From an uncultured Eubacteriales bacterium (GTDB taxonomy: Bacteria > Bacillota > Clostridia > Oscillospirales > CAG-272), in NCBI GenBank assembly GCA_900546315.1, contig URCP01000004.1, positions 195-64,194 of the forward strand: a stretch of 64,000 nucleotides of DNA. The letters run 5' to 3'. The notes beneath the pieces are model-generated. The model did not search any database. It saw nothing but the letters and a program-made list of their open reading frames with translations, and was not told the origin of the DNA. Below are positions 1 through 8,653 of this stretch, piece after piece. Each line of letters starts with the position of its first letter. The first letter of the stretch is position 1. Both the position numbers and the translations under genes were made by a program.

Positions 1-1051
1 TGACGTCGGTTTCCGAGGCGCTCACGAATATCCGCATGAGCGGACCGGCGAAGACGCAGACGATAAGTGAGACGAAAGCGGAGAAAGCGGCGCTTATCGC
101 GGTCGCCTTCCGGAAGCCCTCACGCACCCTTTCGTTCTTTCCGGCTCCGTAGTTCTGCGCCGCGAAGGTCGAGAACGCGTTCCCGAAGTCCTGCACCGGC
201 AGATACGCGAACGAGTCGATCTTGACCGACGCCGCGAACGCCGCCATCACGACCGGCCCGAAGCTGTCGACGAGCCTCTGGACGAGAAGAATTCCGAAAT
301 TCATCGCGGACTGCTGGGCGGACGTCAGGATTGACAGGTCGCAGATTTCACCGAGAGTTTTCCGGTCAAGACGGATGTGTTTTCTCTCGGGGATAAGCTC
401 GGGGCGCTTCGCGAGCGTGAATATCAGCATACCGATTCCGGAGATGTACTGTGAAATGACTGTTGCCGCCGCCGCGCCGGCGATGCCGTAATCGAAAACG
501 AGCACGAACAGCAGGTCGAGCCCGATGTTTATGACCGCCGAGACACCGAGAAATATCAGCGGCGACACAGAGTCTCCCGCCGCGCGTATCAGGCAGGCGA
601 GAAAATTATAGAGAAAGGTCGCCGCGATTCCGGCGAAGATTATGACAAGGTATTCCCGCATATCGGAATACAGTTCGTCCGGCACCTTCAGAAAGCGCAG
701 TATCGGGTCGATGAATATATACACAGCGGTGTTGATTGCCGCTGTCACGGCAAAGATGAGTACGAACGACTGCCAGACCGAGTCTTTCAGCTTTTCCCGG
801 TCGTCCTTGCCGATGTAAATCGAGAACAGCGCGCCGGAGCCCATCGCGAGTCCGATGAAGACGGATGTCAGAAAGGTCATCAGCGTATACGCCGACCCGA
901 CCGCCGCGAGGGCGTCCCTTCCGAGCGCGCGTCCGACAATCAGCGTGTCGGCGATATTATACAGCTGCTGAAGCAGATTTCCGGCGGTCATCGGGAGAGA
1001 GAAGAGTATCAGACTCTTCGCGATTCCGCCCTTTGTCAGGTCGTGGTACAT
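1..1051 (-). CDS. MATE family efflux transporter (C-terminal part lies beyond the window edge)
   Basis: My own minus-strand translation from the ATG at 1051..1049 gives MYHDLTKGGIAKSLILFSLPMTAGNLLQQLYNIADTLIVGRALG..., a polytopic protein with a typical MATE N-terminus. The ORF is absent from the track because it runs off the window. Confidence 0.8.
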   Translation of the reverse strand, partial: MYHDLTKGGIAKSLILFSLPMTAGNLLQQLYNIADTLIVGRALGRDALAAVGSAYTLMTFLTSVFIGLAMGSGALFSIYIGKDDREKLKDSVWQSFVLIFAVTAAINTAVYIFIDPILRFLKVPDELYSDMREYLVIIFAGIAATFLYNFLACLIRAAGDSVSPLIFLGVSAVINIGLDLLFVLVFDYGIAGAAAATVISQYISGIGMLIFTLAKRPELIPERKHIRLDRKTLGEICDLSILTSAQQSAMNFGILLVQRLVDSFGPVVMAAFAASVKIDSFAYLPVQDFGNAFSTFAAQNYGAGKNERVREGFRKATAISAAFSAFVSLIVCVFAGPLMRIFVSASETDV

Positions 1052-1376
1052 ATTGACATCCTCACAGAAAAATGTTGGCGGAGCAGCCGCTCCGCCTGTA
1101 TATTGAAAAAGTACCTGCCAGATCTGCTGACAGGTACTACGTCCCGACGAACGCTATGGAGCTGCATCAAAGTGTCACAAATTACTAAAACAAACAATTT
1201 ACCAAAAAAAATAATTAAACAAGCGAATCCGGAGCGCCGTATTGTACCGCCTCGCGCCGGATTCAAAAAAATTTAGGGCAGCCACGCTGATATGCTGACA
1301 TTGTCATCTAATCAGGAACTAGAACGGTTATCCTGGCAATAGCCTCGGTCCCACGCCCGCATTATCTGATCGGATT
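1052..1376 (-). promoter_or_regulatory. Long structured 5' leader of the MATE gene with several terminator-like hairpins (candidate riboswitch or attenuator, class unassigned)
   Basis: Hairpins each followed by a T-run on the minus strand lie at plus coordinates 1077..1096, 1110..1138 and 1226..1263. A T7 run sits at 1265..1271. The leader lies downstream of a consensus promoter at 1383..1411. Confidence 0.4.
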
Positions 1377-1382
1377 GTAGAT

Positions 1383-1411
1383 AGTATACACCTATTTTTT
1401 CGCTATGTCAA
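1383..1411 (-). promoter_or_regulatory. Sigma-70-type promoter (TTGACA-17-TATACT) for the MATE leader
   Basis: The minus strand reads cTTGACAtagcgaaaaaataggtgTATACTat, with a 17-nt spacer. Confidence 0.6.
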
Positions 1412-1643
1412 GAGCTTTTTCGAAATTTTATGAGATTTCACAATTTTTTTAACTTAATTATAGTTCTGAATGACGTATTGCTGACAAACACGCGGTATAC
1501 AGTAATTTTTATGGATAAGCTGAACGTCAATGACGCCACACATATATTGGGAAGCCGCGGCAAAATTAATATATAAATCACAGTGATATATAGGCTGGCT
1601 ATTTATCCAAAACGGGAAATTTCAGGAAATCTTCGTAAAGTAC

Positions 1644-1672
1644 TTGATTTCGGTGCGTGGTTGTGATATAAT
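1644..1672 (+). promoter_or_regulatory. Promoter (TTGATT-17-TATAAT, extended TGn) for the lysine-riboswitch/ABC operon
   Basis: The sequence is TTGATTtcggtgcgtggttgtgaTATAAT. It shares TAAAGTACTTGA and CGTGGTTGTG with the promoter at 29156..29184. Confidence 0.55.
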
Positions 1673-1707
1673 TTTATAAAACAAAGGTTTATACCGGAAT
1701 AAAGTTA

Positions 1708-1797
1708 GGAATACACTGAATGATTCGGGCTTTCATAGAAAAAAGTCTTGGATTTATGGACTTTTTTCTATGAAAGTAACCTTAAATCAGTGTTTCC
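1708..1797 (-). repeat. Rep90 copy A: 90-bp nested-palindrome intergenic repeat, inverted relative to copies B and C
   Basis: The sequence runs GGAATACACTGA...TCAGTGTTTCC, with a central 18-bp perfect hairpin CTTTCATAGAAAAAAGTC/GACTTTTTTCTATGAAAG. It aligns with 4550..4639 and 11938..12027. Confidence 0.85.
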
Positions 1798-1800
1798 TTA

Positions 1801-1966
1801 GATATAGAGGCGCGACGCGCGAATAGTAGTTACCCGGAGACAACGGTGTCGATGATGGGGCGCGAAAGGCACGGTCGCCGAAATCCTTTGCCTGACCGTC
1901 AGGCGATTGGTTGGACGTACGGGAAATACCCGTGCGGCTGTCGCAGTTTTTGCGGAGTGCTATATC
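1801..1966 (+). ncRNA. Lysine riboswitch (L-box) aptamer
   Basis: P1 pairs GATATAG (1801) with CTATATC (1960..1966). Conserved L-box blocks are present: AGAGGCGC, GAATAGTAG, GGGGCGCG...GTCGCCGAA, and TTGG-hairpin-GGCTGTC. The element lies directly upstream of an amino-acid ABC operon. Confidence 0.85.
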
Positions 1967-2000
1967 CGATTTGGTTTGAGCTATTCAGGCGATATCAAGC

Positions 2001-2034
2001 GGTCGGGGCACTTCGTCCCGGCTCTTTTGTTTTT
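2001..2034 (+). terminator. Intrinsic terminator (expression platform of the lysine riboswitch)
   Basis: The GGTCGGGG/TCCCGGCT stem (with G-U pairs) is followed by CTTTTGTTTTT, about 30 nt before the ATG at 2067. Confidence 0.6.
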
Positions 2035-2066
2035 ACTAATAATATCTTTACGGAGGAATTTGTATC

Positions 2067-2942
2067 ATGAAAAAGTTATTATCTGTCGTTTCCGTTATGC
2101 TCGCGGCGGCGTCCGTGTGCGCCTGCGTCTCCTGCGGCGGAAGAACAAAGAAGGATCTCTCGTCCGCAACGTCCCTCGCTGACCTGAACGGCGCCGTGCT
2201 CGGCGCTCAGAACGGTACCTTCCACCTCGAGGCTCTTGATCAGGTCGAGGGCATCGAGAAAAAGAATTACCCGGATTTCACCGATCTTCTCAACGCGCTG
2301 AACTCCGGAGCTATCGACGGTTATGTTGCCGAGGAGCCGACCGCGTATGACGTCTGCTCTAAGGATTCGTCGCTCGCTTTCGTCCCGCTGAAGAACAATG
2401 ACACCGGCTTCACCGCGACCGATGAGGAGACCGGAATCGCCGTCGCGTTCAAGAAGGGCTCCGATATGGTGGCGACCGTTTCCGCGATAATTGACGAGAT
2501 CCCGACCGAGACGAGGCAGGAGCTCATGCGCCAGATCGTCGAGATCAGCGCGAATACCGACGTCGAGTACGCGTCCGCGCTCGCTCTTGAGATTCCGGAG
2601 ACCGACGGCTCGAACGGAACCTTCAAGGTCGCGATGGAGTGCGCTTACTCCCCGTTCAACTGGACTCAGACGACCGACGCCAACGGCGCCGTGCCGATCT
2701 CCGGCAAGGATAACCTCTACGCGAACGGCTACGATGTCGTCGTGGCGCGTTACATAGCGGCAAAGCTCGGCATGACTCTTGAGGTTTACTCCTACGAGTG
2801 GGATTCCCTGATCGCCGCCGTTCAGTCTGGCGCTGTCGACGCTATCGCCGCCGGCATGTCCCCGACAGCCGAGAGAGCGGAGCAGGTCGACTTTACCGAC
2901 TGCTACTACAATTCTAACCTCGTTATCATATACAAGAAGTGA
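2067..2942 (+). CDS. Amino-acid ABC transporter substrate-binding lipoprotein (type II PBP / SBP_bac_3-like) with circularly permuted segment order
   Basis: The signal/lipobox is MKKLLSVVSVMLAAASVCAC. The segment LNGAVLGAQNGT...GAIDGYVAEEP resembles the middle lobe and comes first. The segment FKVAMECAYSPFNW...AIAAGMSPTAERAEQVDFTDCYY resembles the canonical N-terminal lobe and comes last. Confidence 0.8.
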   Translation: MKKLLSVVSVMLAAASVCACVSCGGRTKKDLSSATSLADLNGAVLGAQNGTFHLEALDQVEGIEKKNYPDFTDLLNALNSGAIDGYVAEEPTAYDVCSKDSSLAFVPLKNNDTGFTATDEETGIAVAFKKGSDMVATVSAIIDEIPTETRQELMRQIVEISANTDVEYASALALEIPETDGSNGTFKVAMECAYSPFNWTQTTDANGAVPISGKDNLYANGYDVVVARYIAAKLGMTLEVYSYEWDSLIAAVQSGAVDAIAAGMSPTAERAEQVDFTDCYYNSNLVIIYKK

Positions 2943-3039
2943 TAAAACGGTAGAATAATAAGAATCGTCGCGGTCCGCGCCCGCGGGGCAGGAACCCTGT
3001 GTGACGCGGACCGTGTTTTGACTGAAAGGATTTTTTGGG

Positions 3040-3819
3040 ATGCAATTTTTAAGCGAGGTCATCGGTATTGTCACGAAATACTGGCAGTATCTTCTGTCGG
3101 GTATCGGCTACACGATGCTGATAGCGCTTGTAGGTACGGCGGCGGGCTTTCTGATCGGACTGCTCACCGGCGTGATACGCACAGCTCCGGCGTCGAAGAA
3201 GGCGGCGGTCAGGGTGCTCCACAAGATTGTGAACGCGATAATCGCAGTATATATCGAGATATTCCGCGGCACGCCTATGATGGTTCAGGCGATGGTCATT
3301 TACTGGGGCTACGCCTTCCTGAACGGCGGAAACACGCTTCCGCTGATACCGGCGGGACTTTTCATAGTCTCGATCAATACCGGCGCGTACATGGCGGAGA
3401 TCGTCCGCGGCGGAATAATATCCGTCGACAAGGGGCAGCTCGAGGGCGCGTACTCTCTCGGCATGACCCACTGGCAGTCGATGGTGAAGGTCGTCATCCC
3501 GCAGGTCCTGCGCAATATCCTGCCGTCGATAAGCAATGAGTTCGTCATCAATATCAAGGATACGTCGGTGCTGAACGTCATCGGCGTGACCGAGCTCTAT
3601 TACATGGCGGGCGTCATAAAGAGGATAAATCTTCAGACGTTCCAGACGTATACAGTCATCTGCGTTCTGTATTTCATCCTGACTTTCTCGGTGACAAGGA
3701 TACTCCGCGCGGTCGAGAAGAAGCTCGACGGCTCGGACAACTACACGATATGCGGTTCGGGCTCTGACTCGCAGGCGGAGATACACGTGAAGGCAGAGAC
3801 CGGAAAGGAGATCGATTGA
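3040..3819 (+). CDS. Amino-acid ABC transporter permease (His/Glu/Gln/Arg/opine family)
   Basis: The 259-aa polytopic protein carries the EAA-type loop [26 protein letters not shown] and sits in an operon with an SBP and an ATPase. Confidence 0.9.
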   Translation: MQFLSEVIGIVTKYWQYLLSGIGYTMLIALVGTAAGFLIGLLTGVIRTAPASKKAAVRVLHKIVNAIIAVYIEIFRGTPMMVQAMVIYWGYAFLNGGNTLPLIPAGLFIVSINTGAYMAEIVRGGIISVDKGQLEGAYSLGMTHWQSMVKVVIPQVLRNILPSISNEFVINIKDTSVLNVIGVTELYYMAGVIKRINLQTFQTYTVICVLYFILTFSVTRILRAVEKKLDGSDNYTICGSGSDSQAEIHVKAETGKEID

Positions 3820-3820
3820 A

Positions 3821-4561
3821 ATGTCCGAGATACTGAGACTTGAGCATCTTGAGAAGAGCTTCGGCGACCACAAGGTGCTCCGCGATATAAACATGACCGT
3901 GAACAAGGGCGACGTGATAAGCGTCATCGGCCCGTCCGGCTCCGGAAAGAGCACGATGCTCAGATGCGTGAACCTCCTCGAGGAGCCGACCGGCGGTCGG
4001 ATAGTCTTTGAGGGACGGGACATCATGGAAAAGGAGATGAAGGTCTCCGAGTTCCGCACGAAGGTCGGTATGGTGTTCCAGTCGTTCAACCTGTTCAACA
4101 ACATGAACGCCCTCGCGAACTGTGTCTGTCCGCAGGTGACGGTTTTGAAGCGCCCGAGGGCTGAGGCGGAAAAAATCGCGAGGGAGTACCTGGCAAAGGT
4201 CGGAATGTCGGCTTTCGTGAACGCGAGACCCGCTCAGCTTTCGGGCGGCCAGAAGCAGAGGGTCGCGATAGCCAGATCGCTTTCGATGAACCCGGACGTT
4301 ATCCTGTTCGATGAGCCTACGAGCGCTCTTGACCCGGAGATGGTCGGCGAGGTGCTCGACGTCATGAAGTCGCTCGCGAAGACCGGACTCACGATGATCG
4401 TGGTCACGCATGAGATGAGCTTCGCCCGCGACGTGTCCGACCGCGTAATCTTCATGGACGGCGGTTATATTCTGGAGGACTCGACACCGGCGGAGATATT
4501 CGGAAACCCGAAGGAGCAGAGGACGAGAGAGTTCCTCTCGAGATATCTGGGAAAACAGTGA
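3821..4561 (+). CDS. Amino-acid ABC transporter ATP-binding protein (GlnQ-like)
   Basis: It has Walker [10 protein letters not shown], signature [13 protein letters not shown] and Walker [12 protein letters not shown]. The last 4 codons and the stop lie inside Rep90 copy B. Confidence 0.95.
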   Translation: MSEILRLEHLEKSFGDHKVLRDINMTVNKGDVISVIGPSGSGKSTMLRCVNLLEEPTGGRIVFEGRDIMEKEMKVSEFRTKVGMVFQSFNLFNNMNALANCVCPQVTVLKRPRAEAEKIAREYLAKVGMSAFVNARPAQLSGGQKQRVAIARSLSMNPDVILFDEPTSALDPEMVGEVLDVMKSLAKTGLTMIVVTHEMSFARDVSDRVIFMDGGYILEDSTPAEIFGNPKEQRTREFLSRYLGKQ

Positions 4562-4639
4562 TTTAAGGTCATTTTCGCAGAAAAAAGCCCATAAATCCAA
4601 GGCTTTTTTCTGCGAAAATCCGAATTGTTCAGTGCTTCC
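4550..4639 (+). repeat. Rep90 copy B
   Basis: The sequence is GGAAAACAGTGATTTAAGGTCATTTTCGCAGAAAAAAGCC-CATAAATCCAA-GGCTTTTTTCTGCGAAAATCCGAATTGTTCAGTGCTTCC. It overlaps the ATPase stop codon at 4559..4561. Confidence 0.85.
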
Positions 4640-4814
4640 CCAGGCGGTTAAGGCAGGCAAAAAATGGCGTGTCCGAAAAACTCAACGTTCCGTTGAGCGA
4701 TAGCTTGCCGACAGGTCGCTTCACGAACGCGGCGGAATATGGTAGAATGTTTATACTCGATAAGGCATGACGCGGTGTCATGCGGATCGGGAAAAAATAA
4801 GTGAGGTAAACGAA

Positions 4815-5687
4815 ATGCTGCCATATGTATTCAGCGCCACGCCGGTCGGACAGACCATACGCAGACTCCGCAAGGAGCGTGGGCTTACACAGGAGGAGCT
4901 CGCGGAGCAGCTCGGTGTGACCGCGCAGGCAGTCTCCAAATGGGAAAACGAGACCGGAATGCCGGACATCTCGCAGATTGTTCCGCTGGCGGGTGTGTTC
5001 GGGGTGAGCACCGATGTGATATTCGGTCTCGATACGACGACCGCCGGCGAGGACGTGGCGAAGATACTCCGCGACGCCGAGGCGGATAAGGTCCGCGGAG
5101 GCGCGGCGTCATATATCAAGGCTTATGACCGGATAAGCGAGGGTCTCCGGAAGTATCCGTGCGATCAGCGGCTGCTTATGAACGGGTTCACGCTCGGGAT
5201 GAGTCTGTGTATGCCCGATTCGGGGTTTTACAGCGCGGAGAGGGCGGAGGAGATCGCGGCACAGCTCGGGAAGGCGTACATCGCGGTCGGAAGAAGCAGT
5301 GATGCCGTTAAGCTGTTCGAGCGGTATTTCGCGGCGATGAAAGTGATATTCGATGGCGAGAGACCGCGTCCTTATCATGATTTCGATTCGGGCGACTGTT
5401 ATCTGCTGCTCGCGAAGGCTTATCTTACACTCGGGGAGAAAGCGAAGGCGATGAAGTGCCTGCGGGATTCCGTAGAGTATTATGTCGGGATGTTTGACAG
5501 AGCCGGCGATGATCCAGTCGATCTGAGGTCCGGGTCGCCGTTCGTCAGCGGAAGTTCGATAAGCCTGCGGCTTGACCGCGAGGTCGCGCGGAGGCGTCTT
5601 GAACGGAAGATTGATTCGGATCTTATCGCGGAGCTTCATGATGAGCCGGGCTTTGACGAAATACGCGGTATGGTCGGAAAGCTCTGA
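4815..5687 (+). CDS. XRE-family HTH transcriptional regulator with helical-repeat (TPR-like) C-terminal domain
   Basis: The HTH reads IRRLRKERGLTQEELAEQLGVTAQAVSKWENETGMPDI. I prefer the start at 4815 (SD gtgagg upstream) over the track start at 4767. Confidence 0.8.
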   Translation: MLPYVFSATPVGQTIRRLRKERGLTQEELAEQLGVTAQAVSKWENETGMPDISQIVPLAGVFGVSTDVIFGLDTTTAGEDVAKILRDAEADKVRGGAASYIKAYDRISEGLRKYPCDQRLLMNGFTLGMSLCMPDSGFYSAERAEEIAAQLGKAYIAVGRSSDAVKLFERYFAAMKVIFDGERPRPYHDFDSGDCYLLLAKAYLTLGEKAKAMKCLRDSVEYYVGMFDRAGDDPVDLRSGSPFVSGSSISLRLDREVARRRLERKIDSDLIAELHDEPGFDEIRGMVGKL

Positions 5688-5729
5688 ACCGGATCCGACG
5701 GATTGTCAGAAAAATAACCGCATAAATAA

Positions 5730-5760
5730 ACCCCCGCTGATTTTTATGGTCAGCGGGGGT
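5730..5760. terminator. Bidirectional hairpin terminator between convergent genes
   Basis: The stem ACCCCCGCTGA/TCAGCGGGGGT has A/T-rich flanks on both sides. Confidence 0.7.
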
Positions 5761-5777
5761 ACTTCATTTAATTGCGG

Positions 5778-7259
5778 TCAGCCCGGGATATCCTCAAGCA
5801 CCGTGTCGTCGAACGCGACCGGATACTTTTCCTTGATTTGCGAGTTGAATTCCGTGAATTTCCCGGATATTATCGAGTCCGCGACGAGCGACTGCCACTG
5901 GTCGAGACCGTCGCCGACGAAGTACATCACGTGGTATCCGTAGGTTGTCTCGACAATCTCCGTGTCGCCCGGCTGGCGGCTCTCGTCGAAGCACCAGTCG
6001 TTGAAGGACGCGACCATTCTGCCCTCGGTGACGTTCTCATAGAGACCGCCGTTGTAGTAGGAACCGGCGTCCGCGGAGTACGCGAGAGCGAGGAGTGCGA
6101 AGCTCTCTTCGGTCATGTTTCCGGACTTCCACTGTTCAAGCAGCTTTTCCGCCTGCGCTTTCGCTTTCTCGGCGCTGCCCCACTCGTCGGATGTGAGGAG
6201 TATGTGTCTTACATTGACCGTGCGCGATTCGTCGCGTACAGGCTCGGACGCGAGCATATAGACGGTGTACTTCGACGAGCCCTCATGCTCGATGACTTTT
6301 GTCTCACCGACGGCAGCTCCGCCGAACGCCCACTCTGAGAACCCGTCGTCGCTCGACGAATAATAAGCGCCGGACGTGAGCCGGTTCTCGAGTGACGTTG
6401 AGATGTCATCCTCATTAGCTTCCGGAGACGCCTCCTTCAGAAGGAGCTTGAGTTCGGTGCGGAAGCGGTTGATTCCGGTCGCCTCGGCGAGCTTGTCGGC
6501 GGACGCCTTTGCGTCTTCCTTTGTGACGATGCCGTCGCCGTCAGTCTCGTTCGACCATGTGAAATCGTAGGAGTAGTAGCTGATAGCCTGATATTTCTCG
6601 GGAGAAGCCTTGTATCCGGCGTCGATCTCATCCTCGGTCGGCGTGAACTCCTCCTGCTTCATGAACTGGTACTTGTAGGCGAGCGCTTCGAGTTTTTTCG
6701 CGTCGAAGATATCGTTCCGCTTCACGCCTCTTCCGTAAAGACCGGTGTCGGTTCTGTCGGAGCGGGTCGATACCGCGTTTACCTCATCGTCGCTCAGCGT
6801 CACTCCGTCCGCATTTGCCGCCTCGTTGAGGGCGAGGATGCCCTCGACGTTCGATTTCGCTCCTGACATGAAATAGTCGAACCACGTCTGACCGTCGGAC
6901 ATCTTCTGCGACTTGAGGCTCAGCGACGTGTCGAGACCGTAATAGGAGACATAGCTGCCGTAGTATTCGATAAATGTATTATAGACGTCGTTGAAGTAAT
7001 AGCTCATGACGGCGCCGTCTACGTCGATATCCGCGGAGCTTGCCGCCGTGCGGTTTCTGAGGTATCCGCCGGAATTCATGCGTATCGAGTACGCGGCGGT
7101 CGCGATTATGACGGCGGCGACGAAGACACCGATCACCGACGACGTGACAATCGCAGTTATTTTTCTGATCTTGCCCTGCTTTTCCGCGTGAGCCTCGCGT
7201 TCGGCGCGGAGCATTTTCTTTTCGGCGTTTGCCGCGCGTGTTCTCTGTGATTTTGACAT
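5778..7259 (-). CDS. Membrane-anchored parvulin-type peptidyl-prolyl isomerase (PrsA/SurA-like)
   Basis: It has an N-terminal TM helix (ITAIVTSSVIGVFVAAVIIATAAY) and a C-terminal PpiC domain (VRHILL...GGLYENV...YGYHVMYF). Confidence 0.85.
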   Translation of the reverse strand: MSKSQRTRAANAEKKMLRAEREAHAEKQGKIRKITAIVTSSVIGVFVAAVIIATAAYSIRMNSGGYLRNRTAASSADIDVDGAVMSYYFNDVYNTFIEYYGSYVSYYGLDTSLSLKSQKMSDGQTWFDYFMSGAKSNVEGILALNEAANADGVTLSDDEVNAVSTRSDRTDTGLYGRGVKRNDIFDAKKLEALAYKYQFMKQEEFTPTEDEIDAGYKASPEKYQAISYYSYDFTWSNETDGDGIVTKEDAKASADKLAEATGINRFRTELKLLLKEASPEANEDDISTSLENRLTSGAYYSSSDDGFSEWAFGGAAVGETKVIEHEGSSKYTVYMLASEPVRDESRTVNVRHILLTSDEWGSAEKAKAQAEKLLEQWKSGNMTEESFALLALAYSADAGSYYNGGLYENVTEGRMVASFNDWCFDESRQPGDTEIVETTYGYHVMYFVGDGLDQWQSLVADSIISGKFTEFNSQIKEKYPVAFDDTVLEDIPG

Positions 7260-7438
7260 TGCGTTACTTCCTTTACTCTGAATTTGCGCTGGGATGTTTT
7301 CATATATTATAGCACGTATATGTGCCGGAAAACTGAAGATTGTGTGAACACTTCCTGATTATTCGCGCGGACCGGAATAAAAACGCGGCGTTCGGCAATA
7401 ATCCCGGACAGAGTACTGATTGTTCTGGAGGGCGGAGA

Positions 7439-8548
7439 ATGGAAAAGCGGCGTGCGTTCATTGTGAACACGGTATCGGTTCTGCTCGTGTGCGGGATCGT
7501 ATATCTTTTCTTCAAATACGCGATATTCGTCGTCATGCCGTTTCTTGTCGGATTCGCGGCGGCGGCGCTCGTCGAGCCGGTCGTGCGGTTCCTGTCGCAA
7601 AGGTTCGGGATGAAGCGCAGACCGTGCGGGATAATGCTGCTACTGATCTTCTACGCGACGATCGGGATGCTGTTCACTTTTCTGTCGGTGCGGCTCGCCG
7701 TCGTTGTCGGGCGGTGGTCGGATTCTCTGCCGACGCTTTATAAAAACTCGATAGAACCGTCGCTGAATATTCTTTTCGGGAAGGTAAGCGACCTGACAGA
7801 GCGCATTGACGGTATTTTCGGCGGTCCGGACGCCGAGTATATTTCCGCCGGGATATCGGGGCTGCTGTCGTCTCTCGAGGGGTCTATCGGCACGGCTGTG
7901 TCGGAGCTTTCGGTGAAGCTGCTGTCGAAGCTCTCCGCGTTCGCGGCGTCGGTGCCGGGCGTCCTTGTCGGGATGGTCTTCGCGGTGATATCGAGCTTTT
8001 TCTTCACTATCGACTACGAGAAGATAATCGGTTTTCTGAAGGAGAATCTGCCGGAGGGCGCGGTTCGGACGCTTTCCGGGATAAGATCGGGATTTGTCCA
8101 TACATCCGGGAGATATCTGCGTTCCTACGCGCTGATACTCCTCATAACCTTCGCGGAGCTCGCGCTCGGGCTGACGATTGTCGGCGCACAGAGACCGCTC
8201 GCGGCGGCTCTCGGCATCGCGCTGTTCGATATCCTGCCGGTCTTCGGGACGGGCGGGATAATGGTCCCGTGGGCTGTGATACGGGCGCTCGGCGGAGACT
8301 GGGGCTTTGCCGTCGGACTTATTGTCGTGTGGGTCGTCATATCGGTAGTTCGGAACATAATCGAGCCGAAGATCGTCGGAAGTCAGGTCGGACTGCATCC
8401 GCTCGTGACGCTGATTGCGATGTTTGTCGGAACGAAGCTGTTCGGGCTCACCGGTCTCTTTCTACTTCCGGTAAGTCTCGCGATAGTTATCCCGCTCCTG
8501 CGCGGCAGGACGTCCGGGGGCACGGAAGGCGCGGCGCAAAAAAAATGA
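7439..8548 (+). CDS. AI-2E family transporter / sporulation integral membrane protein YtvI-like
   Basis: The polytopic protein reads MEKRRAFIVNTVSVLLV... with the AI-2E-like C-terminal core IIEPKIVGSQVGLHPLVTLIAMFVG. SD ggaggg precedes the ATG at 7439. Confidence 0.75.
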   Translation: MEKRRAFIVNTVSVLLVCGIVYLFFKYAIFVVMPFLVGFAAAALVEPVVRFLSQRFGMKRRPCGIMLLLIFYATIGMLFTFLSVRLAVVVGRWSDSLPTLYKNSIEPSLNILFGKVSDLTERIDGIFGGPDAEYISAGISGLLSSLEGSIGTAVSELSVKLLSKLSAFAASVPGVLVGMVFAVISSFFFTIDYEKIIGFLKENLPEGAVRTLSGIRSGFVHTSGRYLRSYALILLITFAELALGLTIVGAQRPLAAALGIALFDILPVFGTGGIMVPWAVIRALGGDWGFAVGLIVVWVVISVVRNIIEPKIVGSQVGLHPLVTLIAMFVGTKLFGLTGLFLLPVSLAIVIPLLRGRTSGGTEGAAQKK

Positions 8549-8568
8549 GGAAATTCACGCTGTCTGTC

Positions 8569-8597
8569 TTGACGTTTCGGGGAAAATCTGGTATAAT
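8569..8597 (+). promoter_or_regulatory. Promoter TTGACG-17-TATAAT for the alpha-galactosidase gene
   Basis: The sequence is TTGACGtttcggggaaaatctggTATAAT. Confidence 0.55.
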
Positions 8598-8653
8598 AAC
8601 AGGTATACGGTCTGATAAACACAGATACCGAATCATGAAAGGAACTCTTAGTA

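Noticed and set aside
1036-1276. Two overlapping ~76-aa ORFs on opposite strands in the MATE leader.
   Set aside because: Neither has an SD, and both span the terminator-like hairpins. One runs out of frame across the MATE start. They are better explained as non-coding leader.
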